NCBI GenBank assembly: GCA_047626195.1
Contig: JBLHSN010000002.1
Span: 229-64,228 of the forward strand
DNA: 64,000 nt
Source of the DNA: Myxococcota bacterium
GTDB taxonomy: Bacteria > Myxococcota_A > UBA796 > GCA-2862545
Reading direction: 5' to 3'
Shown: positions 1-9,408 of the stretch, in pieces
How positions within the stretch are numbered: the first letter of the stretch is position 1
How the letters are laid out: each line of letters opens with the position of its first letter
Program-made: the position numbers and the translations under genes
Notes under the pieces: generated by a model
The model's input: only the letters and a program-made list of their open reading frames with translations
The model's database searches: none
What the model was told of the DNA's origin: nothing

Positions 1-144
1 CCGTTCGTACTCGTCTGCTGATGGCCGCACACCGCGGATATCGAGCGACAGTCGGGTGAGCAGCTCATTCGCCGGTAGCGGCTCGACCACGTTGGCGGAA
101 CCACAGCTCGTCAGCAGTATACAAGAGAGAAGCGGCTTTACCAT
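1..144 (-). CDS. lipoprotein, N-terminal fragment (gene runs off the left edge)
   Basis: Absent from the ORF track because under 60 aa lie in the window. The reverse-strand ATG at 142-144 gives MVKPLLSCILLTSCGSANVVEPLPANELLTRLSLDIRGVRPSADEYER, a signal peptide plus lipobox LTSC. The start overlaps the TAA (138-140) of the upstream gene (ATGGTAA). LSLDIRGVRPSxxEY resembles DUF1549/PSCyt-type N-termini from memory; this is unverified. Confidence 0.4.
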   Translation of the reverse strand, partial: MVKPLLSCILLTSCGSANVVEPLPANELLTRLSLDIRGVRPSADEYER

Positions 145-1061
145 GGGGTGTTCTCCCACTCGCTGAGCGCGGAAAAGTCGGGGCAGACGTCGCCCAGGTA
201 GCTTCCACGCCAATACACGCCGCCGCATCCGTCGCAGGTCTCCGGGTCGATTTCCCCGCCGAACTCGGTGGTTCCGTCGAAGACAACGTCGAACCAGTTG
301 CCGTCCGCCGCGCGAACCCCCATGACGCCGGCCGGTTCGATGCCACAGGCGGTGATGTCAGGGTGTACCATGACCAACTCGTCAACAACCACTGTGTCGG
401 CGGGAGCGCCGAGTCCAGAGACGCCGCCGCTCATCTGAATCCTGCCGCCGTTGAACTCGGGAATGTAGTTCGCCACCATGAGAATGTCGGGGTTGACCTC
501 GCCCGACAGCCAGGAGTCTGCGGCTCTAGGAGCGTCCCAGTAGAACGTGCCGCTCACGTTGTTTTGGTGGGTGGTGTGGGCCGTGTCATCACCGGTGTAG
601 ACAGCGTTCACCCAGGAGGCTTCACCGCCTCCAGTGAGGGTCTCGCCGTTGGCGCCGACTAGGTCGAAGACTCCGAAGATAGCGGCGCCTTCGTACACGT
701 ACTCCCCTTCTGCAACGTCCGCGTATTCTTGGGCGAATGCGTAGCCCGAGTAGGTGGTTCCGCCCTCGGTCGTGCACTCGCCGAACCAATAGGTGTTGCC
801 GTCTTCGGTGTACTGTGGCGGACAATAGGCATCTTGGTCAGCTGCAAGCTCCCAATAGGCGTCGGCGAGCGGCTGGGCTGTAATGGTGAAGATGACAGAG
901 AAAAAGCCTTCAATGGCCGCTTCCAGCTCAGTCAGCGCTAGCGCCGGCGTGGTCTCATCGACGTCGTCGTACACGTAGGGCAGAGGCTCATCTGGGGCGC
1001 TTGAGCAGGCGGCGAGTAGGGCGAGTATCCACATGGGGACTCCGGGCAGGCGGTGCAGCAT
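138..1061 (-). CDS. secreted lipoprotein, function unknown
   Basis: 307-aa ORF. The N-terminus MLHRLPGVPMWILALLAACSS has a lipobox LLAAC. The protein is acidic and Gly/Thr/Tyr-rich with several Cys pairs. I recognised no catalytic motif. Confidence 0.6.
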   Translation of the reverse strand: MLHRLPGVPMWILALLAACSSAPDEPLPYVYDDVDETTPALALTELEAAIEGFFSVIFTITAQPLADAYWELAADQDAYCPPQYTEDGNTYWFGECTTEGGTTYSGYAFAQEYADVAEGEYVYEGAAIFGVFDLVGANGETLTGGGEASWVNAVYTGDDTAHTTHQNNVSGTFYWDAPRAADSWLSGEVNPDILMVANYIPEFNGGRIQMSGGVSGLGAPADTVVVDELVMVHPDITACGIEPAGVMGVRAADGNWFDVVFDGTTEFGGEIDPETCDGCGGVYWRGSYLGDVCPDFSALSEWENTPW

Positions 1062-1209
1062 AGGGTGTGGAGAAAAAACTGTCGGTCAACCGCAGTCCTC
1101 CATCAGACACACCACCCTCACTACACGGAAAAGAGAAAGTTCTACAGGCCCGCTTTTTTCGCGACTGGACAACGATGGACGCAGGTTAAGCGCCGAGCGG
1201 AGGACCTTC

Positions 1210-1437
1210 ATGCAACGTTTCGAGTACTTAGTCGTCTACCAAGAGAACAACCGTGTGCTGACCGCCAACGGCAACTGGCAGGGTTTGGTCGACAAAGGCG
1301 AAGACGGAGATGTCGCCAGCTGTCCGGACAAGTTCGAGTACATGGCCGAAGCCGGTGCCCAGGGCTGGGAACTCGTGGCGATTGACCCCGAAGAGACTGG
1401 CACTGCGGTGCTGTACTTCAAGCGTACACACGGCTGA
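1210..1437 (+). CDS. small DUF4177-like protein
   Basis: The internal ATG at 1210 is preceded by GGAGGA (1198-1203). The 75-aa product MQRFEYLVVY...GWELVAIDPEETGTAVLYFKR fits the DUF4177 pattern (YEYKVV...GWELV...KR) as I remember it. The 5' part of the longer 1033 ORF overlaps the divergent lipoprotein gene. Confidence 0.55.
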   Translation: MQRFEYLVVYQENNRVLTANGNWQGLVDKGEDGDVASCPDKFEYMAEAGAQGWELVAIDPEETGTAVLYFKRTHG

Positions 1438-1610
1438 GTGCTTGGTCGGCTTCGGCTCGCCTTGACCGCTGTCCCGCACCTGTCGCGCTGACAACAAGGG
1501 CTCGATGACTGGCAGATGACACCCTGTCACACCTCAGCCAACCCGCTCGTCGCCAGTGACAACTTGTCGAAACCAAGCGGTCTGACAGCGTACAAGCCGG
1601 CTCTTTGGGC

Positions 1611-1626
1611 TGGCACGATGCTTGCT
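1611..1626 (+). promoter_or_regulatory. candidate sigma-54 (-24/-12) promoter of the gsp operon
   Basis: TGGCACgatgcTTGCT matches the TGGCAC-N5-TTGCW consensus exactly. GG is at 1612-1613 and GC at 1624-1625. GGAGG (1653-1657) lies about 27 nt downstream, followed by an in-frame TTG at 1666. Confidence 0.4.
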
Positions 1627-1665
1627 GTACGTTACTCGCCGCCACTCGAATCGGAGGTAGGCTTC

Positions 1666-2565
1666 TTGAAACGTGCTGCACCATGGATCATTGTCGGGGT
1701 TCTCACCCTGCTCGTCGCATTGACGGCTTTTGGCGTCAACAGCGTGATTCGTCGCCAGCTAGCGCTGCCTGACGATGCGGAACCCGTGAACATTGTGGTG
1801 GCGGATACGCCAGATGTGCCCGATGGAGTACAGCCGGACCGCGCGCCGGTCATCAAAAGCAAGCGACAGTACATTGATGGAATCCTGGTACGGAACATCT
1901 TCGACGCCTCGGCAATTGGTCGCGCGGCAGAGGTCACGGACGCCGCGACCATGCTGGCCGACCTGAACTTGAGTCTCATTGGCACGCTGGTGGCCGTGCC
2001 CTCCCGGTACAGCGCCGCCTACATTACGCAGACAGGGGATGACCCAGAGACGCTGTCTTACGGCATCGAAGACACGATTGAAGACGCCACTATCGTCGAG
2101 ATTGGTGTCGACTCGGTGACCCTTCGCCGCAGCGACGACAGCGTAGAGATGCTCACGATGGGCGAAGATGCACCCGCGGCTACGCCTGCTCCTCGTCCGA
2201 GCAGTGGTGACAGCGACGAAGAGGGCGTGGAGAAGGTCGACGACAACAACTACGTCATCGACCGTGAGCTCGTCGACCGGTACCTTACGGACCTAGACGC
2301 TATCGGTCGCCTCGGTCGGGCCATTCCTCACCGTGGGTCAGACGGCGAGATTGATGGCTACCGCCTGTCGGGTGTCCGTCGTCGCTCCATCGGTGACAAG
2401 ATCGGCATAAAGAATGGCGACATTGTACATTCCGTAAACGGGGCTTCCCTCGACTCTATGCAAGGGGCCATGGCGGCCTATCAAACGCTACAGAGCGAGA
2501 ATCGGTTCACCTTTGAGGTCACTCGGCGTGGCCAGCGCCAGACCATGTCCTACGAGGTCAAGTGA
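1666..2565 (+). CDS. gspC: type II secretion system protein C (TM-anchored, C-terminal PDZ)
   Basis: ORF 1516-2565. I prefer the TTG at 1666 (GGAGG 8 nt upstream), giving MKRAAPWIIVGVLTLLVALTAFGV, a short basic N-terminus plus a TM helix. The C-terminus is PDZ-like (GIKNGDIVHSVNGASLDS). It sits first in the gsp operon. Alternative starts are ATG 1516 and ATG 1618. Confidence 0.7.
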   Translation: MKRAAPWIIVGVLTLLVALTAFGVNSVIRRQLALPDDAEPVNIVVADTPDVPDGVQPDRAPVIKSKRQYIDGILVRNIFDASAIGRAAEVTDAATMLADLNLSLIGTLVAVPSRYSAAYITQTGDDPETLSYGIEDTIEDATIVEIGVDSVTLRRSDDSVEMLTMGEDAPAATPAPRPSSGDSDEEGVEKVDDNNYVIDRELVDRYLTDLDAIGRLGRAIPHRGSDGEIDGYRLSGVRRRSIGDKIGIKNGDIVHSVNGASLDSMQGAMAAYQTLQSENRFTFEVTRRGQRQTMSYEVK

Positions 2566-3317
2566 TGACTGTGGCTCGTTCATGGAGGACTGTCGCGGTG
2601 GTCTTGGGAACCATTGCGGCTGGCTGCTCGACTGGACCTGACGCGGATGGCGCATCGGGCGGGCAGGCGCCGATTTGCTCGGTAAGTGGCGCGTACACAG
2701 TCGAGAGTCTGGGGCGGTTGTCCCAAGATACTCTAGGCGTTCGCATCGCTGCGCTGAATCATCAAGACATGAGCAAAAGTGTGTTCGTCTTTCCCCCGGA
2801 TGAGCCTCTTGGCCGCGACGCTTGCGTCGACCTCATTATCCGGAGCTTGACAGAGCGGGGGCTTGTTTTCGGGCGTCATGGCGACCTCATCCTCATTGAG
2901 AGAGAGGGGCCGCCGATTGTCCCGACAACCCAAGTCGTGCCATCCGAGCCGTCCGAGGCCCCCGACCATGGTGCTCACATCGCCAAAGTGAGTGACTGGT
3001 CGTACACCGTCGATCGCTCTTACATTGCCGCGGAACTGACTGACCTCGACGCCATGATGCGCCATGGTCGAATCATTCCTCACCGCGATTCGAACGACGC
3101 GTACGACGGGTACCGCATCGCCGGAATCCAGTCTGGCTACTTGGGGCATGCCCTCGGCATCCGCAACCGCGACATTGTGCACTCGATCGGCGGCGTGCTC
3201 ATGGACTCGATTGAAGGCGCCACGGGTGCCTACCTGACTCTTCGAGACGCCAACCCGATCACGCTCGAAATTACGCGGCGCGGCCAGCGCCACACCATGT
3301 CCTACGAAGTCAAATGA
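2562..3317 (+). CDS. GspC-like PDZ protein, lipoprotein paralog
   Basis: 251 aa. GTG 2562 or ATG 2565 overlaps the gspC stop. Signal and lipobox: VVLGTIAAGCSTG. The C-terminal ~100 aa align with GspC (LTDLDA...IPHR...DGYR...I+N+DIVHS..G...DS..GA..AY..L......T.E+TRRGQR.TMSYEVK). Confidence 0.65.
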   Translation: MMTVARSWRTVAVVLGTIAAGCSTGPDADGASGGQAPICSVSGAYTVESLGRLSQDTLGVRIAALNHQDMSKSVFVFPPDEPLGRDACVDLIIRSLTERGLVFGRHGDLILIEREGPPIVPTTQVVPSEPSEAPDHGAHIAKVSDWSYTVDRSYIAAELTDLDAMMRHGRIIPHRDSNDAYDGYRIAGIQSGYLGHALGIRNRDIVHSIGGVLMDSIEGATGAYLTLRDANPITLEITRRGQRHTMSYEVK

Positions 3318-5803
3318 CGACACCAATACCCGAGTACCTCCGCATGCGCACTTCGCTCGCTCGCCTCACCCGCCCCCTGTTGGTGGCGACCCTCCTTGGC
3401 CTCCCCATGGTGGCTTCGGCCCAGGACCCTGACGGTCCGGAAGGCACTACGCCAATCACGCAGACCGGTCCACGTGCTCAACAAGGGGCTCGCTACACCC
3501 TCAACGGTGAGTACACCGTCGCCCAGCTCATCGACTTCTTCGCGTCGCGCTTTGAGCAGACGATTTTGGTCGATGACCCACGTACGTTGACCGATACCGT
3601 GCAGTTCATTGGCCGCAGTACCGTGAGCTACGGCGAGGCCTACCAAGCCATGCTCGCTGGCCTCGAAGTCAAGGGCTACAGTGTGTATGAAGTGGGCGGC
3701 ATCACCCACATCGTAAAGAACTCCGAAGCCAGCCAAGCGCCGATTCGGGTAGGTGAGGGCGGAGACATTCCGTTCACTGCGTCCTACGTTACCCAAATCA
3801 TCTCGCTCGACAGCGTGGCTGTCGCCGACGTCCAGCAGGTCATCACCAGTATGGCCAGTGCAGATGCCAAGGTCGTGGCCTACGCGCCGACCAACACGCT
3901 TATCCTCACGGACTCGGCGTACAACCTTCGTAAGATCTACGACGTACTCCAGCGCTTGGACGTCGCATCTCCCAGTAGCAGCCTTAAGATTTACCCCATC
4001 GCCTTCGCGTCAGCGTCGGAAGTGGCGCAGATTATCGAGCAAATCTACGGAACCGAAGCCAGCGGTAGCCAGGATTCAGCCACTGCGGCAACCAGTCGTC
4101 GGGAGACCGCTGCACAGCGTCGTCGTCGTCGTCGTCGTGAGCGGGAAGCAGAGTCCACCGCCGCGACCACAGCCAGTGGCGTCACCGCGGGTAAAGCATC
4201 GGCCTTCATCAGCAAGGTCATCGCGGATGAGCGTACCAACAGCCTCATCGTCCTCGCCAATGAGAGCGGCCACGAGAAGATTGTCGAGCTGATTGCCGAC
4301 ATTGACGTCGACGTTGACCTCACCAGTCGCTCACAGATTCACGTGGTCTACCTGGAGCACGCCAAAGCCGACGAGATTGCGACCGTGTTGTCCAACCTGT
4401 CAGGCACTGGCAACGACGCAAATCAAGGAGCGGGTTCGCGAGCCACCCGACAGTCAGCGGCACAGCGCCGCGCGGATGCTGAAGCGGAAGCAGGAGATGA
4501 CGAAGACGGCGGCAGCGGGGGTGTCCTCGCAGCTTTCGATAGCGGCATGCGCATCACCAGTGACGAGAACACGAATAGCTTGGTCATCATTGCTAGCAAT
4601 GACGACTTCCGCATTGTGGAATCGGTGATCAGCAGCCTAGATGTTCGCCGCAAGCAGGTGTACGTCGACTGCGTCATCCTTGAAATCGCCAGTGATGACA
4701 GTAGCGAGCTCGGCATTGGCTACCACGCACCTGGTTTTGACCCGGACGGTAGTGGCGGCGGCTTCGGACTGGGCTCCGCTCAGCTTGGTGCCAGCTCTTT
4801 GGGCCTGTCGCAGGACCTACTTACTGGACTCGCTCTGGGCGTGTTCGGTGAGAGTATCGAAGTGCCAATTTCTACGGGTGCCGGTACAACCACCAACCTG
4901 AGCATCCCGTCGTTCGGCATTGTATTGAGCGCGCTGAAGACCAACTCGCTCGTCAACATCGTCAGCTCACCGTCGCTGCTGACCTTGGACAATCAAGAGG
5001 CTGAGATCACTGTTGGTCGTCGTGTCCCGTTCCCAACACAGACCACGCTTAGCCAAGTTGGTGGCGCTTTCCAGAGCTTCCAGCGTGAAGATGTCGCCAC
5101 GACTCTTCAGGTCACGCCGCGCATCAACTCGTCTGACGAAGTCACCTTGGAGCTCACCGTTGAGGTGAGTGATATTGAAGAGGATGACGCGGGCCTCAAC
5201 GCTGCTGGCGGTGGTCCCGTCACCAGTAAGCGCGAAGTGACGACTACAGCCCTGGTCAGCAACAACAGCACGATGGTGCTTGGCGGCTTGGTCGGTAGCA
5301 CCGAGAGTGAAGTGGAGACCAAGGTGCCTATCCTTGGCGACCTTCCGCTCATCGGCAACTTGTTTCGCGGTTCGCGCAAGACTGCTCGCCGTACCAACTT
5401 GCTCATCTTCTTGACGCCGCACATCATCGATAGCCAAGACGACATCCAAGAAGTCATGCGCATCAAGATGGCCCAGCGGGCCGAGTTTGAGCGCCGGTTC
5501 TATGGCAAATCGCAGGCCGAACAGGAAGAGGCATTGCAGGATCTGTTGTCTTACTCGATGAACTTCCCCGACCGTGAGTCCGAGTACATCGACCAAGACT
5601 ACGTGCCGACCACGCCTACGCCTCCCCGCGAACTGACGGACGAAGAAGTGGAACGGTACTTGATTCCTGGCACCCCGCGCACCGGTCAAGTCGTCCCTGG
5701 AGATACCCTCGAAGACGAGGTTCGTATCGCTGTTGAGGAAGCACTCGCTGTTGGGGTCGAACCTATCGTTGAGCCGGCCGACGACGAAACGGAAGGGGAA
5801 TAG
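3314..5803 (+). CDS. gspD: type II secretion system secretin
   Basis: 829 aa. ATGA overlap with the upstream gene. Signal peptide ...MVASAQDP. Repeated N-domain signatures: NTLILTDSAYNLRKIYDVLQRLD, NSLIVLANESGHEKIVELIADID, NSLVIIASNDDFRIVESVISSLD. Secretin core: VPILGDLPLIGNLFR...TNLLIFLTPHII. Confidence 0.9.
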   Translation: MTTPIPEYLRMRTSLARLTRPLLVATLLGLPMVASAQDPDGPEGTTPITQTGPRAQQGARYTLNGEYTVAQLIDFFASRFEQTILVDDPRTLTDTVQFIGRSTVSYGEAYQAMLAGLEVKGYSVYEVGGITHIVKNSEASQAPIRVGEGGDIPFTASYVTQIISLDSVAVADVQQVITSMASADAKVVAYAPTNTLILTDSAYNLRKIYDVLQRLDVASPSSSLKIYPIAFASASEVAQIIEQIYGTEASGSQDSATAATSRRETAAQRRRRRRREREAESTAATTASGVTAGKASAFISKVIADERTNSLIVLANESGHEKIVELIADIDVDVDLTSRSQIHVVYLEHAKADEIATVLSNLSGTGNDANQGAGSRATRQSAAQRRADAEAEAGDDEDGGSGGVLAAFDSGMRITSDENTNSLVIIASNDDFRIVESVISSLDVRRKQVYVDCVILEIASDDSSELGIGYHAPGFDPDGSGGGFGLGSAQLGASSLGLSQDLLTGLALGVFGESIEVPISTGAGTTTNLSIPSFGIVLSALKTNSLVNIVSSPSLLTLDNQEAEITVGRRVPFPTQTTLSQVGGAFQSFQREDVATTLQVTPRINSSDEVTLELTVEVSDIEEDDAGLNAAGGGPVTSKREVTTTALVSNNSTMVLGGLVGSTESEVETKVPILGDLPLIGNLFRGSRKTARRTNLLIFLTPHIIDSQDDIQEVMRIKMAQRAEFERRFYGKSQAEQEEALQDLLSYSMNFPDRESEYIDQDYVPTTPTPPRELTDEEVERYLIPGTPRTGQVVPGDTLEDEVRIAVEEALAVGVEPIVEPADDETEGE
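4118..4138 (+). repeat. (CGT)7 in-frame trinucleotide repeat (Arg7) inside gspD
   Basis: Read directly: cgt x7 encodes AAQRRRRRRRERE within a low-complexity linker between secretin N-domains. Confidence 0.95.
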
Positions 5804-5805
5804 TC

Positions 5806-7482
5806 ATGGCAATCCGTCGCGCAGAGGACACCAACGTAGGGCTTGCCACGGCGCGTCAGGTTGCCGATGAACAGGGGATCTCTTTTCTGCAGGCTGTGCA
5901 GCGGACAGATGGTGTCGACGCGTCGGGTGTTGCCCAAGCTCTCTCACAGCTGTCCGGTCTTCCGGTGCTGGAGAGCTTTGACCCAGAACTGCTCGACCCG
6001 GAGCTGATTCGGCCGCTGCCTCTGGGTATGGCTCGTGACATGGGCGTCTTGCCGCTCTACGTGTCGGACGGCGAGTTGATTGTCGCCATCTCTGAACTAG
6101 CCGCTGTCCGTTCGTTGGACGACTTGCGCGTCTTGCTCGGCTACCCGGTTCGCCCAGTTCTTATGCCGGTGGATGTCCTCGATAAGACGATGAACCTCGC
6201 CTACGACCGGGCCAGTCAGTCTGCTAGCTCTGTGTTGCAGGACGTAGACAAGGAAGTCCAAGACGGCGAAGACCTCTTCCTAGATGACGCTGACCTTCTC
6301 GATGACCCAAACGAAGCCCCCATCATCCGCTTTGTGAACGCGTTGTTGACCCAGGCCATCAAAGAGCGGGCGAGTGACATCCACATTGAGCCCTTCGAGA
6401 AGGACCTCATTGTGCGCTACCGGATTGATGGCGTGCTGTACGAGAGCATCCGTCCGCCAAGCAAATTCAAGAACTCCATCGTCTCGCGTATCAAGATTAT
6501 GTCGGGCCTAAACATTGCAGAGAAGCGTCTGCCGCAAGACGGTCGTATTCGCCGGCGCATGGGTGGTCGTGAGATTGACCTGCGCGTGTCTACGGTTCCG
6601 GTTCGGCATGGTGAACGGGTTGTCATGCGTATTCTGGAGAAGGGCGAAGTCCTGGCTCTCGAGTCCATTGGCATGGAAGGCGAGACCCTGACCACCTTCC
6701 GCGGTCTCATCCGCAAGCCGCACGGCATCTTGCTCGTCTCGGGGCCCACCGGCTCTGGTAAGTCGACGACGCTGTACTCGGCTATCAGTGAAATCAACTC
6801 GCCCGACAAGAACATTCTGACCATCGAAGACCCCGTTGAGTACGAGCTCACTGGCATTGGTCAGGTCCAGGTAAACCACAAGATTAACCTGACCTTCGCC
6901 TCTGCCTTGCGCGCTTTCTTGCGCCAAGACCCCGACGTTATTCTGGTGGGTGAGATTCGGGACGGTGAGACAGCGGGCAACGCCGTTCAAGCCTCGCTCA
7001 CCGGTCACTTGGTGTTCTCCACCATTCACACCAACGACTCGGCTGGCGCCTTCGCCCGAATCGTAGACATGGGTGTGGAGCCATTCTTGGTGGCCAGCTC
7101 CATCCTCGGCGTTCTGGCACAGCGCCTAGTGCGAAAGCTCTGCAAGCACTGCAAGGCCGAGTACACGCCCACAGACGAAGAGCTCGGCGAGATGCGACTG
7201 TCTCGCGTTGAGGTTCCGGGGGTCGTTTACCGCCATGTCGGCTGCGACGAGTGCAGTGGCCATGGCTACCGCGGTCGTAGCGGCATCTTCGAGTTCTTAC
7301 CAGCGTATGACGAAGTGAAAGCGTTGGTTATCGCCAATGCGGACGCGGGTACCGTCGCACGAAAGGCGCAAGAGCTTGGCATGACCACACTGTGGGAAGA
7401 TGGCGTCCGCAAGGTCGTCAGCGGGGTGACCACGTTCGATGAAGTTCTGCGCGTCACCCGTGACGACAGTGTGGAGGACTAG
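5806..7482 (+). CDS. gspE: type II secretion ATPase
   Basis: 558 aa. Walker A GPTGSGKST, Walker B DVILVGEIRD, TGHLVFSTIHTN, and a tetracysteine motif CKHCK...CDECSGHGYRGR. The N-terminal region is T2SE_N-like. Confidence 0.95.
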   Translation: MAIRRAEDTNVGLATARQVADEQGISFLQAVQRTDGVDASGVAQALSQLSGLPVLESFDPELLDPELIRPLPLGMARDMGVLPLYVSDGELIVAISELAAVRSLDDLRVLLGYPVRPVLMPVDVLDKTMNLAYDRASQSASSVLQDVDKEVQDGEDLFLDDADLLDDPNEAPIIRFVNALLTQAIKERASDIHIEPFEKDLIVRYRIDGVLYESIRPPSKFKNSIVSRIKIMSGLNIAEKRLPQDGRIRRRMGGREIDLRVSTVPVRHGERVVMRILEKGEVLALESIGMEGETLTTFRGLIRKPHGILLVSGPTGSGKSTTLYSAISEINSPDKNILTIEDPVEYELTGIGQVQVNHKINLTFASALRAFLRQDPDVILVGEIRDGETAGNAVQASLTGHLVFSTIHTNDSAGAFARIVDMGVEPFLVASSILGVLAQRLVRKLCKHCKAEYTPTDEELGEMRLSRVEVPGVVYRHVGCDECSGHGYRGRSGIFEFLPAYDEVKALVIANADAGTVARKAQELGMTTLWEDGVRKVVSGVTTFDEVLRVTRDDSVED

Positions 7483-7485
7483 CGC

Positions 7486-8736
7486 ATGCCAGTCTACGAA
7501 TACAAAGGATTTGATGCTGCTGGAAAGTCGGTCAATGGCATTGTAGACGCCGACAATGGCAAGGTCGCGCGGTCGCGTCTGCGTCAGAAGGGCTTGTTCC
7601 CAACAGACGTGTACGAGCAGACGAAAGATGGTGGTGGTAGTCGCGGAAAGGGGCTCAACCGTGAAATTGACTTCTCCAAGTACACCCAGTTCATCACCAC
7701 GCGGGACATCGCTAATACCACCAAGCAGCTGTCTATTCTGCTGGGGGCGTCGGTCCCCATGGCCGAGTCGCTGACTGCGTTGGTCGACCAGACGGACAAG
7801 CAGAAGCTCAAGGTGATTTTGAGCGAAGTCAAAGAAGACGTTGTTGAGGGCGCCACACTGGCAGATGCGCTGAAGAAACATCCCAAGCTCTTTGGTAAGC
7901 TGTACGTTCAGATGGTCCGTGCTGGCGAGCGAAGCGGTGCGCTAGACACAGTGCTTAAGCGCTTGTCCAAGTTCAGCGAAGGGCAGGTCAAGCTGCAGGG
8001 TCAGCTCATTGCAGCCTTGGCCTACCCACTATTGATGTCCGTTGTCGGAACGTTGATGATTGGCGGGTTGTTCCTGTTCGTTGTCCCGCAGATGCGCGAA
8101 ATCCTTGACGGTCTTGGGGGGGGAGACTCACAGCTTCCGCTGATCAGTCGGGCTGTGTTCTTGCTCGGTGACATCCTGACCAGCCCGTGGATTCTGGTCA
8201 TTGTTGCAGCATTTTTTGGCTCTGTCGTCCTCTTCCGTTGGTGGTCGAAGACGGAGACCGGTCGCTTCCGCATTGATGGTTGGAAGCTGAAGACACCCGT
8301 GTTGGGTCGACTCAATCGCATGGTCGCGGTCAGCCGTTTCTGCCGCACGCTGTCCACGCTTTTGGCAAGTGGTGTGCCGATTATCAGCGCCCTGTACATC
8401 GTCCGAGACGTGGTAGGCAATACCCACATTGCCCAAGCCGTGGACGCCGCTGCGGTCAACATTCAAGAAGGCCACTCCATCGCAAAGCCACTGCGTGCTT
8501 CGGGTCAGTTCCCGCCGATGGTCGTGCACATGGTCACGGTTGGCGAGCGCACGGGTGAGCTTGAGACCATGCTCGTGTCGATTGCAGACGCCTACGAAGA
8601 CGAAGTCGAGGCGGCCATGACTGCACTGACCAGTATCTTTGCTCCGCTGATGATTTTGATTCTCGCTGGGGCGGTGTTCTTCGTCGCGTTGGGCCTCTTG
8701 TTGCCGCTGCGCAGCATGACCGAGATGATCCGATGA
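7486..8736 (+). CDS. gspF: type II secretion inner-membrane platform protein
   Basis: 416 aa. It starts MPVYEYKGFDAAGK, typical of GspF/PilC. It has two repeated cytoplasmic helical domains and three hydrophobic segments. Confidence 0.9.
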   Translation: MPVYEYKGFDAAGKSVNGIVDADNGKVARSRLRQKGLFPTDVYEQTKDGGGSRGKGLNREIDFSKYTQFITTRDIANTTKQLSILLGASVPMAESLTALVDQTDKQKLKVILSEVKEDVVEGATLADALKKHPKLFGKLYVQMVRAGERSGALDTVLKRLSKFSEGQVKLQGQLIAALAYPLLMSVVGTLMIGGLFLFVVPQMREILDGLGGGDSQLPLISRAVFLLGDILTSPWILVIVAAFFGSVVLFRWWSKTETGRFRIDGWKLKTPVLGRLNRMVAVSRFCRTLSTLLASGVPIISALYIVRDVVGNTHIAQAVDAAAVNIQEGHSIAKPLRASGQFPPMVVHMVTVGERTGELETMLVSIADAYEDEVEAAMTALTSIFAPLMILILAGAVFFVALGLLLPLRSMTEMIR

Positions 8737-8914
8737 CTACTGGGCTTTCACGATGGAAGACGCCGATTACTGCGTCGCTGCGGCACTCACCCACAGGAGC
8801 ACATGTCGTACGTTGCTCTTTGCGCTCGACGTCGTCTTCGTCGCGGGTCTGGCGGTCCGGTTTCCGGGTTGGTGATTGGACTGTAGACGTTGTTGGCACA
8901 CCCCTGGAGATGTC

Positions 8915-9295
8915 ATGTCACCATTGAAAGCTCGAAATGCTGCGGATACGTCCCGCGCTGGCATGACTCCGGTTGAGATTGTTGTGGTCGTCGCCATCTT
9001 ACTGGTGCTGACAAGTGTTCTGTCTTTCGGCATCTACAACATCTACGAGGACAGCAAGAGACAAGTTGCTACCTTGGAAGTCAGCGGACAGGGGAAACAG
9101 ATGTTTGTATGCGATGTCACCCGGTCACCTTTGTCTGACGCTGACGAACCGGTGTCAACCCAACGACTCACCGACACGACCCAGCCCACCCTGGAACGAC
9201 CCGTGTACCAAGGCTTCCAGATTGCGTCCCAGCCCGCCAGTGCACGGCTAGTCGGTATGGGAAGTGCCGACGGAGTTCGTCACTCCGATCGTTAA
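8915..9295 (+). CDS. divergent GspG-like pseudopilin paralog
   Basis: ATG 8915 with GGAGA 5 nt upstream. Prepilin-type leader ...TSRAG|MTPVEIVVVVAILLVLTSVLSFGIY, with Glu at +5. The N-terminus and the extreme C-terminus (LVGMGSADG...SDR) align with the next gene. The central DPWGNPY region is missing. Confidence 0.6.
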   Translation: MSPLKARNAADTSRAGMTPVEIVVVVAILLVLTSVLSFGIYNIYEDSKRQVATLEVSGQGKQMFVCDVTRSPLSDADEPVSTQRLTDTTQPTLERPVYQGFQIASQPASARLVGMGSADGVRHSDR

Positions 9296-9408
9296 CGACT
9301 GCATGCGGGTAGTGGCCGTATGCACTGACAACTGATGGCTGAAAGCTGACGACCCGAATCACCGAAATCTAACAGACTTATCAATCTCGCTTCTCCGGAG
9401 GAGCCCCC

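Noticed and set aside
65-388. 107-aa minus-strand ORF at the left edge
   Set aside because: It overlaps the 307-aa lipoprotein gene in a different frame. The 1-144 frame with a lipoprotein signal peptide explains the left edge better.
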